Positions 10,613 through 22,199 of a stretch of 64,000 bases of DNA are shown here, in pieces. The notes under the pieces were generated by a model. That model had not been told where the DNA came from. It saw only the letters and a program-made list of their open reading frames with translations, and did not search any database. The DNA comes from Mobula birostris. Taxonomy: Eukaryota. Location of the stretch: assembly GCF_030028105.1 (NCBI RefSeq), contig NC_092379.1, forward strand, positions 20,747,309 through 20,811,308, given 5' to 3'. The position numbers and the translations under genes were made by a program. The stretch's first letter is position 1; every line of letters starts with the position of its first letter.

Positions 10613-11905
10613 TGTTATGGTCCAGTCCGTGAAGTCCGTGTTCTGGTTCATGTTCCGGTCCGTGGACTCCGGGTCTTCTGGTTGTGCCTTGTTTCAGTTG
10701 GGCTTAATCATAGGCACCTAATGCTCGTCTTGGGGCTCAGAATATAAGTGGCCCTGGGTTCAAATGTGGTTGCTGGTTTGTCTCGTCAGTATCCTGTCCT
10801 CGCCTCCGTTGGGTAAGCCGGGCTGTCTTTGCTGTTACACTGAGGCTGGACTGTTCCCTTCCCTTCACCTTCCTCCTGCAGCCTTTGTCTGAAGCCTTGC
10901 CTGAAACCTTTGCCTGAAGGCTTGCCTGCAAACTCGCCTGCGTCCTCGTCTGTATCGCTGTCGAGATCTACTGCCGGAGCAAGACTGGTGCCTTGCTGTG
11001 TCTAGATAAGGAACTGTCCTTCGTTGTTTGGAACTGTCTCTTTGTGTCCTCGCCTTCGCTAAGTAGGTCCGGCCATTTGCCGCTAACTAGTGTTGAGAAC
11101 CATCTCGTCATGTTCAGCATTCTGCGTAGAGCCCCGGCCCCAAGTCCTGTCCCCAAGGAGGGGTCCCGGCTCTGTGTTCCATGTCCCTGTGTTCCTGTCT
11201 CTCAAGTCCAAAGCTCTGTGTTCTTGTGCTCTAGACCAAGGTTTGTGTTCCTGTCCTCCACAAGACCAAGGCTCTGTGTTCTGTGTTCCTGTCGTCCCAC
11301 GTCCAAGGTTCCGAGGTTCCTGCCGTCCCAAGTCCAAGGCTCGGCTGTTCCTGAGTACTAAGTCAAGGCTTCCTGTTCTCATCCTATCCATGTGCCTCGT
11401 CCTGTGTTAGAGTTCCCTCGTCTTGCCCAGGAGTCTTTTGTTCTGTCCTGTAGTCTCGCCTAGTCCTGTCTCCCAAGACCACGTCATGTCTTCACCTAGT
11501 TCCGGAGGCCGAGCACGAGTCAAAACCTAGGTTCTGGGTCCTTGTCTAGTCTCTGGATTGGAGTCTGACCCAAGCCTCGTCATGTCCTCGCCTCGAAGAA
11601 CCCAAGCCTCGTCATGTCCTCGCCTCGAAGTACCGAAGCCATGTCCAGTCCTGTAGCCACGTCATGCCTTCGCCTAGTTCCAGAGTCCGAGCCCAAGACA
11701 AGACCCAAGGTCCTTGTCCAGTCTCCGGCTCGGAGTCCGAGCCCAGGCTCCTAGTTCCCAGTTCCTTATCCTGGTCCTGCTTGCCTATCCAATGTCCCAG
11801 CTCAAATCTGTGTTCTTGTCGCAGCTCTCTAGTCAAGTCCTGTTCCTAGTACTTTGGTGTCTGTGTCTTGCATTTGGGTCCTCTCAACGACGCCCTGTTA
11901 TGACA
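10613..11905 (+). mobile_element. Long solo LTR, sushi-like Gypsy family (copy 2, 1293 bp)
   Basis: tgttatgg...atgaca termini and perfect TSD gctca (10608-10612 / 11906-11910). 32-bp duplication at 11569-11632. Confidence 0.92.
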
Positions 11906-11910
11906 GCTCA

Positions 11911-12860
11911 CTTGCTGAAGCTGGTGTGTATCCACTTTCTTTTACCTTCTACATTAACTGCTGAATTAATGATTAACAATACTTGGTAAAGACCTTCTAA
12001 CCACACTGCCAAGGGTTCTTTGACCAGGACCCACTCGCCAGGAATCAAGGTGTGACCTCATTCGGATGCACCACCACAAGCAATAGAGACCTGCTGAGAA
12101 CCAGACTGAACAGCTTGTGTTGGTTTTGCACAATAATCAACTAAACTATCTGACATAACAGCCTCTCTGAGATCGAGATCTCCCAGTAGTGACATAGGTC
12201 ACCTTATCACCACTTCAAATGGACTCAGTTTTGTGTTCTTGGTTGGGGTTTCCCTGATGCTGCATAAAAGTAAAGGAATCGCTTTAGGCCTTGGTACACC
12301 TTCATCATGATACTTATTCAGCCGTTGTTTGATGATAACATTCCTGACAATCATTTCCAGTGAAATGTGTTTCTTGGTCAGAGTTAATGTAGAATGTCAA
12401 TCCCCATCTAGGTTTATATTCCTTAATCACAGTTTTGGTTGTGTGTGTGGCAGTACCTTCTCTTGCTGGGATCGCTTCCACCCATCTAGAAAATTCGTCC
12501 ATTATTATTGACACATCTCAAAACCCTTTGTACTTTGGTAAAGTAATGTAGTCCACCATTCGATGTAAAAAAGGACAGGGAGGGGCAGGAGTACTTAGTT
12601 GAGGTAGCTTCTTTGTTGATCTGGGGTTTGTTTTCTGGCATGACATACATCTCTAAATTATTTGTCGAGCTTGCATCCCGAACTTTGGATTCCACCACCA
12701 CGGGATAATCCATCAATCATAGTTTGCCCACCAATGTGTTCTAAGAAGTATATCTGCTGGGTCAAGTGAGGAAACAGCTCAGATGAGACTACCAGTCTAA
12801 GACTAGTGCTGTTTCTCCATATTCCATCGTCTCCATTTTCCATCCTGTACCTCTTTCCTT
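11911..12860 (-). pseudogene. pol: ERV2 integrase remnant
   Basis: ORF 12314-12514 DEFSRWVEAIP...PRWGLTFYINSDQETHFTG. Downstream LSPFEVV and YQVLLIINSAVNVEGKRKWIH (IN C-terminal domain). Confidence 0.8.
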
Positions 12861-12885
12861 CATTTGAGCACTGATCTTGCATTTC

Positions 12886-13770
12886 TTAAATATCTTGCAT
12901 TTGTTTCTGTGACACATTGTTTAACTTGGTTTCAGTTATCAGGCTTTCTTCCATGGCTTTGATTTTCTTTATTCCTTCTTTTGCTACCCTTTTTGTAGTT
13001 TTGTCTGCAAATGCATTTCCACTGCTTTGCATTGTGGTCATTTTAGAGTGACTTTTATATTTTAATACAGCAACTTCTGATGGTAGCTGCATGACTTCCA
13101 TGAGTTATTGTTCTAATTCATCATTCTTGATTGGAGTTCGCAAGGCTGTAAAAAAATCATTTTTGGCTCCATAAATTTCCAAGGCCATTAACGACTCAGA
13201 AAGCATATTGAGAATCCGTGTAGATATTAGTTGAACTTCCTTCTGCTTGCTTACAGACTTCAAATAAAACTTTCAGTTCAGCCTGTTGTGCAGACGTACC
13301 AGAAGCCATGTTTCCTGAGGCTATCACTTCATTTTCTGTGACAACAGCCCAACCAACCATTCAAATTCCTCCCTCAGTGATTGAGGAGTTATTAGTGTAG
13401 AGAACCAGATCTGGGTTCAACAAAGGCACTTCTTTGCGTAATTAGCATCTTCTTGGCATGTTATTGTTCTTAACAGCCATGGTCCTTGTAGTCTTGTAGT
13501 CGGGCGCAAACGCGCTGCTAAGGAAACACACGGAGGCAGAGAGCTGAACTCAGAATGTCTTTACTGATTCAAAATCACGCGCTTAAATCTCACCTCCCTT
13601 GGGCCCCTGCGACCCGCGGGGCGGACGTGACGTCAGACTGTCCCCGGAAGGTCCGCCCCGAGCGGGTAGTTCCCGATGGCGGTTCGAGTTCCGCGTGTGC
13701 GGGCCGCCGCAGTCTTCTATGTCCACTGACAGCAATGTAGCTAAGTTATCTGATTTTTGCTCTGCCACTG
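12886..13770 (-). pseudogene. pol: ERV2 RNase H and connection remnant
   Basis: NLATLL, DLVLYTNNSS, SAQQAELKVL, NIYTDSQYAF and GNAFAD motifs read on the minus strand. Confidence 0.8.
13495..13711 (-). mobile_element. Short CpG-rich solo LTR (217 bp)
   Basis: TG...CA termini, perfect 4-bp TSD gtct (13491-13494 / 13712-13715), agtaaa polyA-like signal on the minus strand. Removing it rejoins the ERV2 frame (DIED|YKDH). Confidence 0.85.
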
Positions 13771-14976
13771 CAGATGACGGCTGTTGGGCAGGGTCTAATC
13801 ATTTTTGCAACTTTGACAACGTCTCCATTACATCTGCAATTGTAGCCTGAAGCTGTGCCATCCAATCAACGTTTTCCCTCCCTTGTGCAGTCAGGGTTGA
13901 GCTTGCTGTCCAGGTTGATGTTGTCTTCGTGGTGAAGTTGATGCCTTATGGCAACAGGATCTCGTCCAATGATCTCTTCTGCCACATAATTTGCATATCG
14001 GACTGTTGATCCATCTATATCAATCCTATTTGGATGTTGATATCTTGCTCCACTTGTTTATCAGTTTGTACTAGTTCACCATTGGAAACAACAGTTTCAC
14101 CCCAATTTGTTTTTATTAGCTTCACCATTTTTGGTAACATCTGTTTTCAAACGTCCTTGAAAATCGACTTGAGAGGCCTTCAATATTATCTTCATTTGTT
14201 CCTGGGACTCCTGAGTAAGTGAGACAAATTGTCCTATGGCGGTCCTCACATTCAGAAACATCCTCTGAAGGCTTTTGTTCACAACTAACCACTTCCTCTG
14301 AGAGGGTTCAGAAGAGATTCCCGAGAATGATACCAGGAATGAAAGGGTTACCGTATGAGCCACATCTGGCAGCTCTTGGGCTGTATTCCCTGGAGTTCAG
14401 GAGAATGGTGGCGGGGGGGGGGGGGGGAAATCTCATCGAAACATTCCGAATGTTAAAAGGCCTGAACACGATTAGATATGGCAAAGTTATTTCCCATAGC
14501 AGGGGAGTCCAGGACAAGTGGGCACGACTTCAGGATTGAAGGACATCCATTTAGAACAGAGTTGTGGAGAAATTACTTTAGTCAGAGGGTGGTAATCTGT
14601 GGAGTTTGTTGCCACGAGTGACTGTGGAGGCCAAGTCATTGGGTACATTTAAGGCAGAGATAGATAAGTTCTTGATTAGCCAGGGGAGAAGGCAGGAGAG
14701 TCAGTGTGACTGGAAGAATTGGAACAACCCATGATTGAATGGCGGAGCAGACTTAATGGGCCAAATGGCCTACTTCAACTCCTATATCTTATGGTCTTCC
14801 AATCAATCTGGTTTGGGGCTTGTCCCTCCAACCACGCCTTAATTGCTTCCCAACTGGCTAGTAAATTCTGTTTATCCTCTCCCATACGATGTCAAATGGT
14901 TTATTTCCTAAATTATTAGCATAGTAACTAAAATTTAAATGCCCACAGATGGATGCAATTTGTATATATTCATAAT
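13770..14976 (-). pseudogene. gag: ERV2 gag (capsid/MHR) remnant split by CR1
   Basis: AWLEGQAPNQIDW (about 14800-14850) rejoins EVVSCEQKPSEDVSECEDR (about 14240-14295), matching the W..I..C.QKP.E....RL capsid motif. Confidence 0.6.
14296..14799 (+). mobile_element. CR1 LINE 3' fragment
   Basis: ERVQKRFPRMIPGMKGLPYE..LGLYSLEFRRM (ORF 14219) followed by the CR1 3' UTR. Confidence 0.9.
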
Positions 14977-15637
14977 GGGAGGAGAACATGGCGGCGTGAC
15001 GCAGCTCGCAGTGGCCACTCCGGTGGTGATGTCTGTTACTTGTCAAGTAGGGTGCCGTGCACAATCCTGATTTGATGGAGACGGACGTGAGACACGAAGG
15101 AATATCTGGAGAAACTGCTGAAATGCCTGCTTCGCATCTGCTGCTCCTGTGTGGTCTAGAGTCTCCGGAGGAGAAGCCCTGAGTCCTCGGCTTTGCTTGT
15201 TTCTCGGCGGTCGGGGCGGGGTCGAAGCGCTCGGCAGAGATGGTGCTCGGTGTCGGAGGGCTGGTCGGAAGCTCGAAGTTTTCGGGCGGACTCAGAGTCG
15301 CCTGCGGTCGGGTGCTTCCAATGCATCGGCAAGCTGTCGGCGCTTGGAGGTTCGTGGCAGGGAGAGTTTCTCTTTTCTCCTTTCTGCCGCCTGTGTTAGA
15401 TGATGAGTCGATTGGGGACTTTGAGACTTTTTTTTACCGTGCCCATGGTCTGCTCTTTTTCAAATTATGGTATTGCTTTAAACTGTTGTAACTATATGTT
15501 ATAATTATGTGGTTTTGTCAGTTTCAGACTTGGTTTGTCCTTTTTTTTTGTGATATCATTCTGGAGGAACATTGTATCATTTTTAATGCATGCATTTCTA
15601 AATGACAATAAACGAGGACTCAGTGTCCTCATAATCT
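14977..15637 (+). mobile_element. Non-coding SINE-like retroelement with (AATCT)n-type tail, copy 1
   Basis: Homologous to 27236-27727 (minus). 3' stem-loop gaggac-tcagt-gtcctc. tcataat present at both junctions (14970-14976 / 15629-15635). Confidence 0.7.
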
Positions 15638-15959
15638 ACAAACGTAATTCACTGAAGTTTAACGCAAGAACCTCCCTGGATCATTCATCATTTTTTTTCT
15701 GTATCTGCTGGTTAATGACAGACCTCCTGTTTCTTTTCATATTCTCCATCATCAGTCTTGTGTGCTTTCACTCTCTTCGTTTTTGCTGGGGCAAGACCTG
15801 GCATGGCTGCCGGGCTAATTACTTCATTACTGTCATCATCTCTTAAGCCACTAGAGGTCTCTGTTGAGTCAGTATCACTTTGCAGTTTCTTGGAGTTCCC
15901 AAGGTGCTGCTGTTTCAGTATTGGCTGCCTTTCAGCAAGACTGACTTGCTCAGAGGGAA

Positions 15960-17754
15960 ACTGACCGGCTTTGCCGATTTCACACAGCCTTTCATAGTGG
16001 ATACTGATGCAAGCAGTCACAGACTAAGAGCTGTTTTATACCAGCAACACGGAGAGACAAAGAGGGTTATTGCATATGCAAGCTGACGATTGAGAAATGT
16101 TGAAAAGAATGATAGGAAATATAGCAGCATGAAATTAGAACGGCTTGCACTTAAGTAGGCCATAGTAGAGAAGTTTTGGGGTTACTTATTGGGTCGCAAA
16201 ACCACCGTAATAACTGATAATAATCCGTTGTCCTACTTGAAAACCGCCAAGTTGGGAGCATTTGAGCAGAGATGGATCTCACAGCTGTCAGTACTTGACT
16301 TTGATGTTCAGTACCGTCCAGGTCAGAGCAATACCTGGTTGATGCCCTCTCTAGGCAGCCATTTGCAGGGGAGCCTGACCCTATCTCAGCGGATGCTGAC
16401 TTTGACGTATCTGTGGTGATCTGTAGTCTGATCAATCGCGGCACTGCCCTAAACCCGTCACTGGTTCCAGCTGGTCTTAAAAGCTGTAAGGTTAAGCAAG
16501 TTTGAACTCTTGAAGCCGGTACTAGTGATGTAAGTGATCTGATGCAACAAAACACCCCAACCTTTACTAAATTCACCCAAGCATTTCCACTCGGGATCAA
16601 AAGGCAGATACCACAGCAAAGGTACTCTTGAGGGAATGGTTTATGAAGTATGGGATTCCTGAGAGGTGACATTCTGACCAGGACCATAACTTCAAAAGTG
16701 AGGTCATAAATGAGCTTTGCAAACTGTACGGGGTAAAGAAAAGTCGTACTGTACCCCATCACCTTACTGGCAACATTCAGTGTGAGCGTTTCAACAGGAC
16801 GATGCATGATTTGTTGTGTACATTGCCTCCAGAAAAGAAATGAAGGTGCCCAGAGCATTTACCCGAGTTGGTGTATGCGAACAATGTGATGCCTCACGCA
16901 ACCACCGGATATTCCCCTTGTTATCTACTGTTTGGTGTTGATCCCCACTTGCCAGTGGATGCTTTGCTGGGGCGAGAACTGTCTGTGAACAGGAGGTATG
17001 ACTGGTCAGCTGTTCACCAGAAATGACTGAGTGTTTCTCATGCCAGAGCAAAAGAATACTCTGAACAGAAGGCAGCAGAACGCATTGCCTGACAGGAGGA
17101 TAAAATTCATTGTCCCCAGGTTGACATAAATGCAATAGTTTACTTCCAGAACAGACCATTAGGCTGGAGTGAGATCCAGGATGCTTGGAAATCAACTGTC
17201 TACAAGTTGGTAGAGGTGCTAGACAACACATACAGTGTGGATCCTTTGGAGGGAGGGTCTATCAAAAGGGTGAACAGGGTAGACATCAGGCCCTGTGAGA
17301 GCGTTTCCACCCCAGTTCCTCAGAGGAGACTGCAAACTCCTGTAATTCAGGGTAGTCCTTCCCCGGGACATGAATCAGATTCTGAGGATTCAGAGAATGG
17401 TGTGATATTGGGAAAAGATGTGTCAGAACAGGGTGTACTGAATCTCGATCTTAGTCTTGACAGTAAAACTTCTGGAACTGAGACCATTGTCCTGTGACAG
17501 CCGATCCAGTGTCAGATGTTGGTAGTCTTCCTGTTGCAGCACCCTACAGGAGTAAAAGAGTAAATGCTGGACAGAACTCTAACCCACATCACAAACCAAG
17601 GTCAGTTCCAGATGTGGCCTCCACAAGTCGTGCAGCAATGTCACAGATACTGGCCAGTCTAAGTTCAGTCCTATTCAGAGAAGCAGTTAAAGAGTTAAAG
17701 GTACTTTTGCAGTGAATGAGTAATCGAGGATGCTTACTGGTATGCAGGGGACAA
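15960..17754 (+). pseudogene. pol: Ty3/Gypsy retrotransposon 3' half: RNase H and integrase (non-chromo), degenerate
   Basis: FIVDTDAS...VIAYAS, YSSMKLERLALK, TDNNPLSYLKTAKLG, YRPG, ..DALSR; [39 protein letters not shown]. Purine tract gcaggggacaa precedes tgtaacc. Confidence 0.88.
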
Positions 17755-18362
17755 TGTAACCAAGTGATGGTTGAATATCCCTATTTTTATTGTTAAGGTG
17801 CACTTATATTTTCAGCTTGGTAATGCTAAAATAGCTGCCCGTGCCTTTAAGATAAAACAGTGATGTCATTTTGCATAGGTGGAGTAGAACGAAGAGTTGC
17901 CATGTTCCAGAAAGGACAATGTTCAAATGCTTTTCCCAGGTTAGGTGAGGGAAGATTTTTCCAAGTAAATTGATCAGTGCTGGATAGTGTGATTGCGAAG
18001 TTCCTCAATTAGCCTACAAGGTTTGTTTTTTTTTAGTAATTCAATTATAAGGCAATATATAGTAAAATTATATTTGTTTTTCTTTATTGTTTCATGAACG
18101 AATATGAATGTAACAGAGTATTGTGAATATGTTAATCTCTGTTCACATAGCATGAGCGAGGAAAATTCATTTCAAGGTCTAGCCTATATGTGTTTGGAAG
18201 TTAAGCACGTGTGTCCCAAATGTAAGTATATCTCAGTTGAGATGAGATGTATTTATACATATTTTTGATGTTGTGTACAAGGTACAGGCTTGGTGTATTG
18301 TTTTTTTAGATTTGCCACTACTGTATTGGTTCAGGATATTTTGTTTTAGTTATTTTCATACT
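17755..18362 (+). repeat. Probable 3' LTR of the Gypsy element, interrupted by CR1 (may continue at 21733-21995)
   Basis: Starts tgtaac directly after the purine tract. AATAAA at about 21832 beyond the CR1. The LTR end was not established. Confidence 0.5.
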
Positions 18363-18743
18363 GACATCCTGGTACAAGAGGGAAAGCAGCCAGAAGTCGT
18401 GATACATGTTGGGACCAACGACATAGGCAGGAAGAGGGATGAGGTCCTGAAGTGTGAGTTTCGGGAATTAGGCAGAAGGCTGAAGAACAGGACCTCAAGG
18501 GTGACGTTCTCAGGATTGCTGCCAGTGCTACGTGACAGTGATGGTAAGAATTGGAGGAGATGGCAGTTGAGTGCATGGCTGAGGAGTTGGTGCAGGGAGC
18601 AGGGTTTTAGATTTTTAGATCATTGGGATCTCTTCTGGGGAAGGTGGGACCTGTACAGATTGGATGGGTTGCACCTGAACTCGAGGGGGAGTAATATCTT
18701 TGCAGGTAGGTTTGGTAGCATGGTTCGGGAGGGTTTAAACTAA
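18363..18743 (+). pseudogene. CR1 ORF1 SGNH esterase-like domain (partial)
   Basis: PEVVIHVGTNDIG...LDGLHLNSRG (GxND and DxxH esterase blocks). Confidence 0.88.
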
Positions 18744-18778
18744 TTTGCAAGGGGGATGGGACCCAGAGCGATAGAGCA

Positions 18779-21667
18779 GTGAAAGAAGTGCATGGAGTAA
18801 ACCCAGATCTAACATACAGAGAGGCTTTGAGGAAAGAGAAGCAGAATAAACGGTGTAAAAACAGTAAGGTAGAAGGGCTGAAATGTGTGTACCTCAATGC
18901 AAGAAGCATCAGGGACAAAGGTGATGAACTGAGAGCTTGGATACATACATGGAATTATGATGTAGTGGCCATTACAGAGACCTGGCTGGCACCAGGGCAG
19001 GAATGGATTCTCAATATTCCTGGATTTCAGTGCTTTAAAAGGGATAGAGAGGGCAGAAAAAGGGGAGGAGGGGTGGCATTACTGGTCAGGGATACTATTA
19101 CAGCTACAGAAAGGGTGGGTAATGTAGCAGGATCCTCTTTTGAGTCAATAAGGGGGGAAGTCAGGAACAGGAAGGGAGCAGTTACTCTACTGGGGGTATT
19201 CTATAGCCCCCCTGGTAGCAGCAGAAATACAGAGGAGCAGATTGGGAGGCAGATTTTGGAAAGGTGCAAAAATAACAGGGTTGTTATCATGGGTGACTTT
19301 AACTTCCCTAATATTGATTGGCACCTGATTAGTTCCAAGGGTTTAGATGGGGCAGAGTTTAAGTGTGTCCAGGATGGATTCCTGTCACAGTATGTGGACA
19401 GGCCAACCGGGGGAATGCCATACTAGATCTAGTACTAGGTAATGAACCGGGTCAGGTCACAGATCTCTCAGTGGGTAAGCATCTGGGGGACAGTGACCAC
19501 TGCTCCCTGGCCTTTATAATTATCATGGAAAAGGATAGAATCAAAGAGGACAGGAAAATTTTTAATTGGGGAAAGGCAAATTATGAGGCTATAAGGCTAG
19601 AACTTGTAGGTGTGAATTGGGATGATATTTTTGCAGTGAAATGTACTATGGACATGTGGTCGATATTTAGAGATCTCTTGCAGGATGTAAGGGATAAATT
19701 TGTCCTGGTGAGGAAGATAAAGAATAGTAGAGTGAAGGGACCATGGGTGACAAGTGAGGTGGAAAATCTAGTCAGGTGGAAGAAGGCAGCATACATGAGG
19801 TTTAGGAAGCAAGGATCAGATGGGTCTATTGAGGAATATAGGGAAGCAAGAAAGGAGCTTAAGAAGGGGCTGAGAAGAGCAAGAAGGGGGCATGAGAAGG
19901 CCTTGGCGAGTAGGGTAAGGGAAAGCCCCAAGGCATTCTTCAATTATGTGAAGGAAAAAAGGATGACAGGAGTGAAGGTAGGACCGATTAGAGATAAAGG
20001 TGGGAAGATGTGCCTGGAGGCTTTGGAAGTGAGCTAGGTCCTCAATGAATACTTCTCTTCGGTATTCACCAATGAGAGGGAACTTGATGATGGTGAGGAC
20101 AATATGAGTGAAGTTGATGTTCTGGAGCATGTTGATATTAAGGGAGAGGAGGTGTTGGAGTTGTTAAAATACATTAGGACTGATAAGTCCCCGGGGCCTG
20201 ACGGAATGTTCCCCAGGCCGCTCCACGAGGTGAGAGAAGAGATTGCTGAGCCTCTGGCTAGGATCTTTATGTCCTCGTTGTCCACGGGAATGGTACCGGA
20301 GGATTGGAGGGAGGCAAATGTTGTCCCATTGTTCAAAAAAAGGTAGTAGGGATAGTGCGGGTAATTATACACCAGTGAGCCTTACGTCTGTGGTGGGAAA
20401 GCTGTTGGAAAAGATTCTTAGAGATAGGATCTATAGGCGTTTAGAGAATCATGGTCTGATCAGGGACAGTCAGCATGGCTTTGTGAAGGGCAGATCGTGT
20501 CTAACAAGCCTGATAGAGTTCTTTGAGGAGGTGACCAGGCATATAGATGAGGGTAGTGCAGTGGATGTGATCTATATGGATTTTAGTAAGGCATTTAACA
20601 AGGTTTCACACGGTAGGCTTATTCAGAAAGTTAGAAGGCATGGGATCCAGGGAAGTTTGGCCAGGTGGATTCAGAATTGGCTTGCCTGCAGAAGGCAGAG
20701 GGTGGTGGTGGAGGGAGTACATTCAGATTGGAGGATTGTGACTAGTGGTGTCCCACAAGGATCTGCTCTGGGACCTCCACTTTTCATGATTTTTATTAAC
20801 GACCTGGATGTGGGGGTAGAAGGGTGGGTTGGCAAGTTTGCAGACGACACAAAGGTTGGTGGTGTTGTAGATAGTATAGAGGATTGTCAAAGATTGCAGA
20901 GAGGCACTGATAGGATGCAGAAGTGGGTTGAGAAGTGGCAGATGGAGTTCAACCCGGAGAAGTGTGAGGTGGTACACTTTGGAAGGACAAACTCCAATGC
21001 AGAGTACAAAGTAAATGGTAGGATACTTGGTAGTGTGGAGGAGCAGAGGGATCTCGGGGTACATGTCCACAGATCCCTGAAAGTTGCCTCACAGGTGGAT
21101 AGGGTAGTTAAGAAAGCTTATGGGGTGTTAGCTTTCATAAGTCGAGGGCTAGAGTTTAAGAGTCACGATGTAATGATGCAGCTCTTTCAAACTCTGGTTG
21201 GGCCACACTTGGAGTACTGTGTCCAGTTCTGGTCACCTCACTATAGGAAGGATGTGGAAGCATTGGAAAGGGTACAAAGGAGATTTACCAGGATGCTGCC
21301 TGGTTTAGAAAGTATGCATTATGATCAGAGATTAAGGGAGCTAGGGCTTTGTTCTTTGGAGTGAAGGAGGATGAGAGGAGACATGATAGAGGTGTACAAG
21401 ATAATAAGAGGAATAGATAGAGTGGATAGCCAGCGCCTCTTCCCCAGGGCACCACTGCTCAATACGAGAGGACATGGCTTTAAGGTAAGGGGTGGGAAGT
21501 TCAAGGGGGATATTAGAGGAAGGTTTTTTACTCAGAGAGTGGTTGGTGCGTGGAATTCACTGCCTGAGTCAGTGGTGGAGGCAGATTCACTAGTGAAGTT
21601 TAAGAGACTACTAGACAGGTATATGGAGGAATCTGAGGTGGGGGCTTATATGGGAGGCAGGGTTTGA
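18779..21667 (+). pseudogene. CR1 ORF2 (APE endonuclease plus RT), about 4 lesions
   Basis: YLNARSI, VAITETWL, MGDFN, SDH (APE); QHGF, YMDFSKAF, PQGS.LGP.LF, KFADDTK (RT). Frameshifts near 19.4 and 20.34 kb; stops at 20035 and 21362. Confidence 0.92.
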
Positions 21668-22199
21668 GGGTCGGCACAACATTGTGGGCCGAAGGGCCTA
21701 TACTGTGCTGTACTATTCTATGTTCTATGTTCATATGTTACAAGGGTGTGGTCTGAAGTTAAACTGAGATTGTAATAGCAGAAACTGTTTCAATTTATTT
21801 TGTCATTTTTATTTTGATACCCTCTTTCTGAAATAAAACATCTAAAACAGATAAAGGAATTTAAGACCCGGAAAAGTATTTGTTGTCCTGCGTGTGTATT
21901 TTTCCCTGACCACAAAATATACAACATATAACCTGAAATTCTTACTCTCTGCAGACATCCTCGAAACAGAAGAAACCCCCGAAGCATGAATGACAGAAAA
22001 AAAACATGAGAACCTCAAAGTTCCTTGCCTCTCCCATGCACAAGCAGCATCAACCCTCTTGCCCTGCCCCACTTATTCCAGCATGAAGCTTCAGCATTCT
22101 CACCACCCACCATACAAACAAAAGCAAAGCCCCCAAAGAGAGATCATGGTCTACACTACAGTCCATCAACAACAAACTGTTCACTCGAACACAGACTAT

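Larger units (their letters stand above)
10140..15950 (-). mobile_element. Second ERV remnant (ERV2), class I-like, minus strand; LTRs not found
   Basis: Minus-strand gag MHR, RNase H and integrase motifs in retroviral order, interrupted by two solo LTRs, a CR1 and a SINE-like element. Outer limits uncertain. Confidence 0.72.
18363..21732 (+). mobile_element. Near-complete, 5'-truncated CR1-clade LINE
   Basis: ORF1 C-terminal half, complete ORF2 domains, 3' UTR and (ctatgtt)n tail. Confidence 0.95.

Noticed and set aside
16151-16858. 235-aa antisense ORF opposite the Gypsy RNase H/integrase
   Set aside because: Shadow ORF of a degenerate pol that spans a deletion junction, with no recognisable motif.
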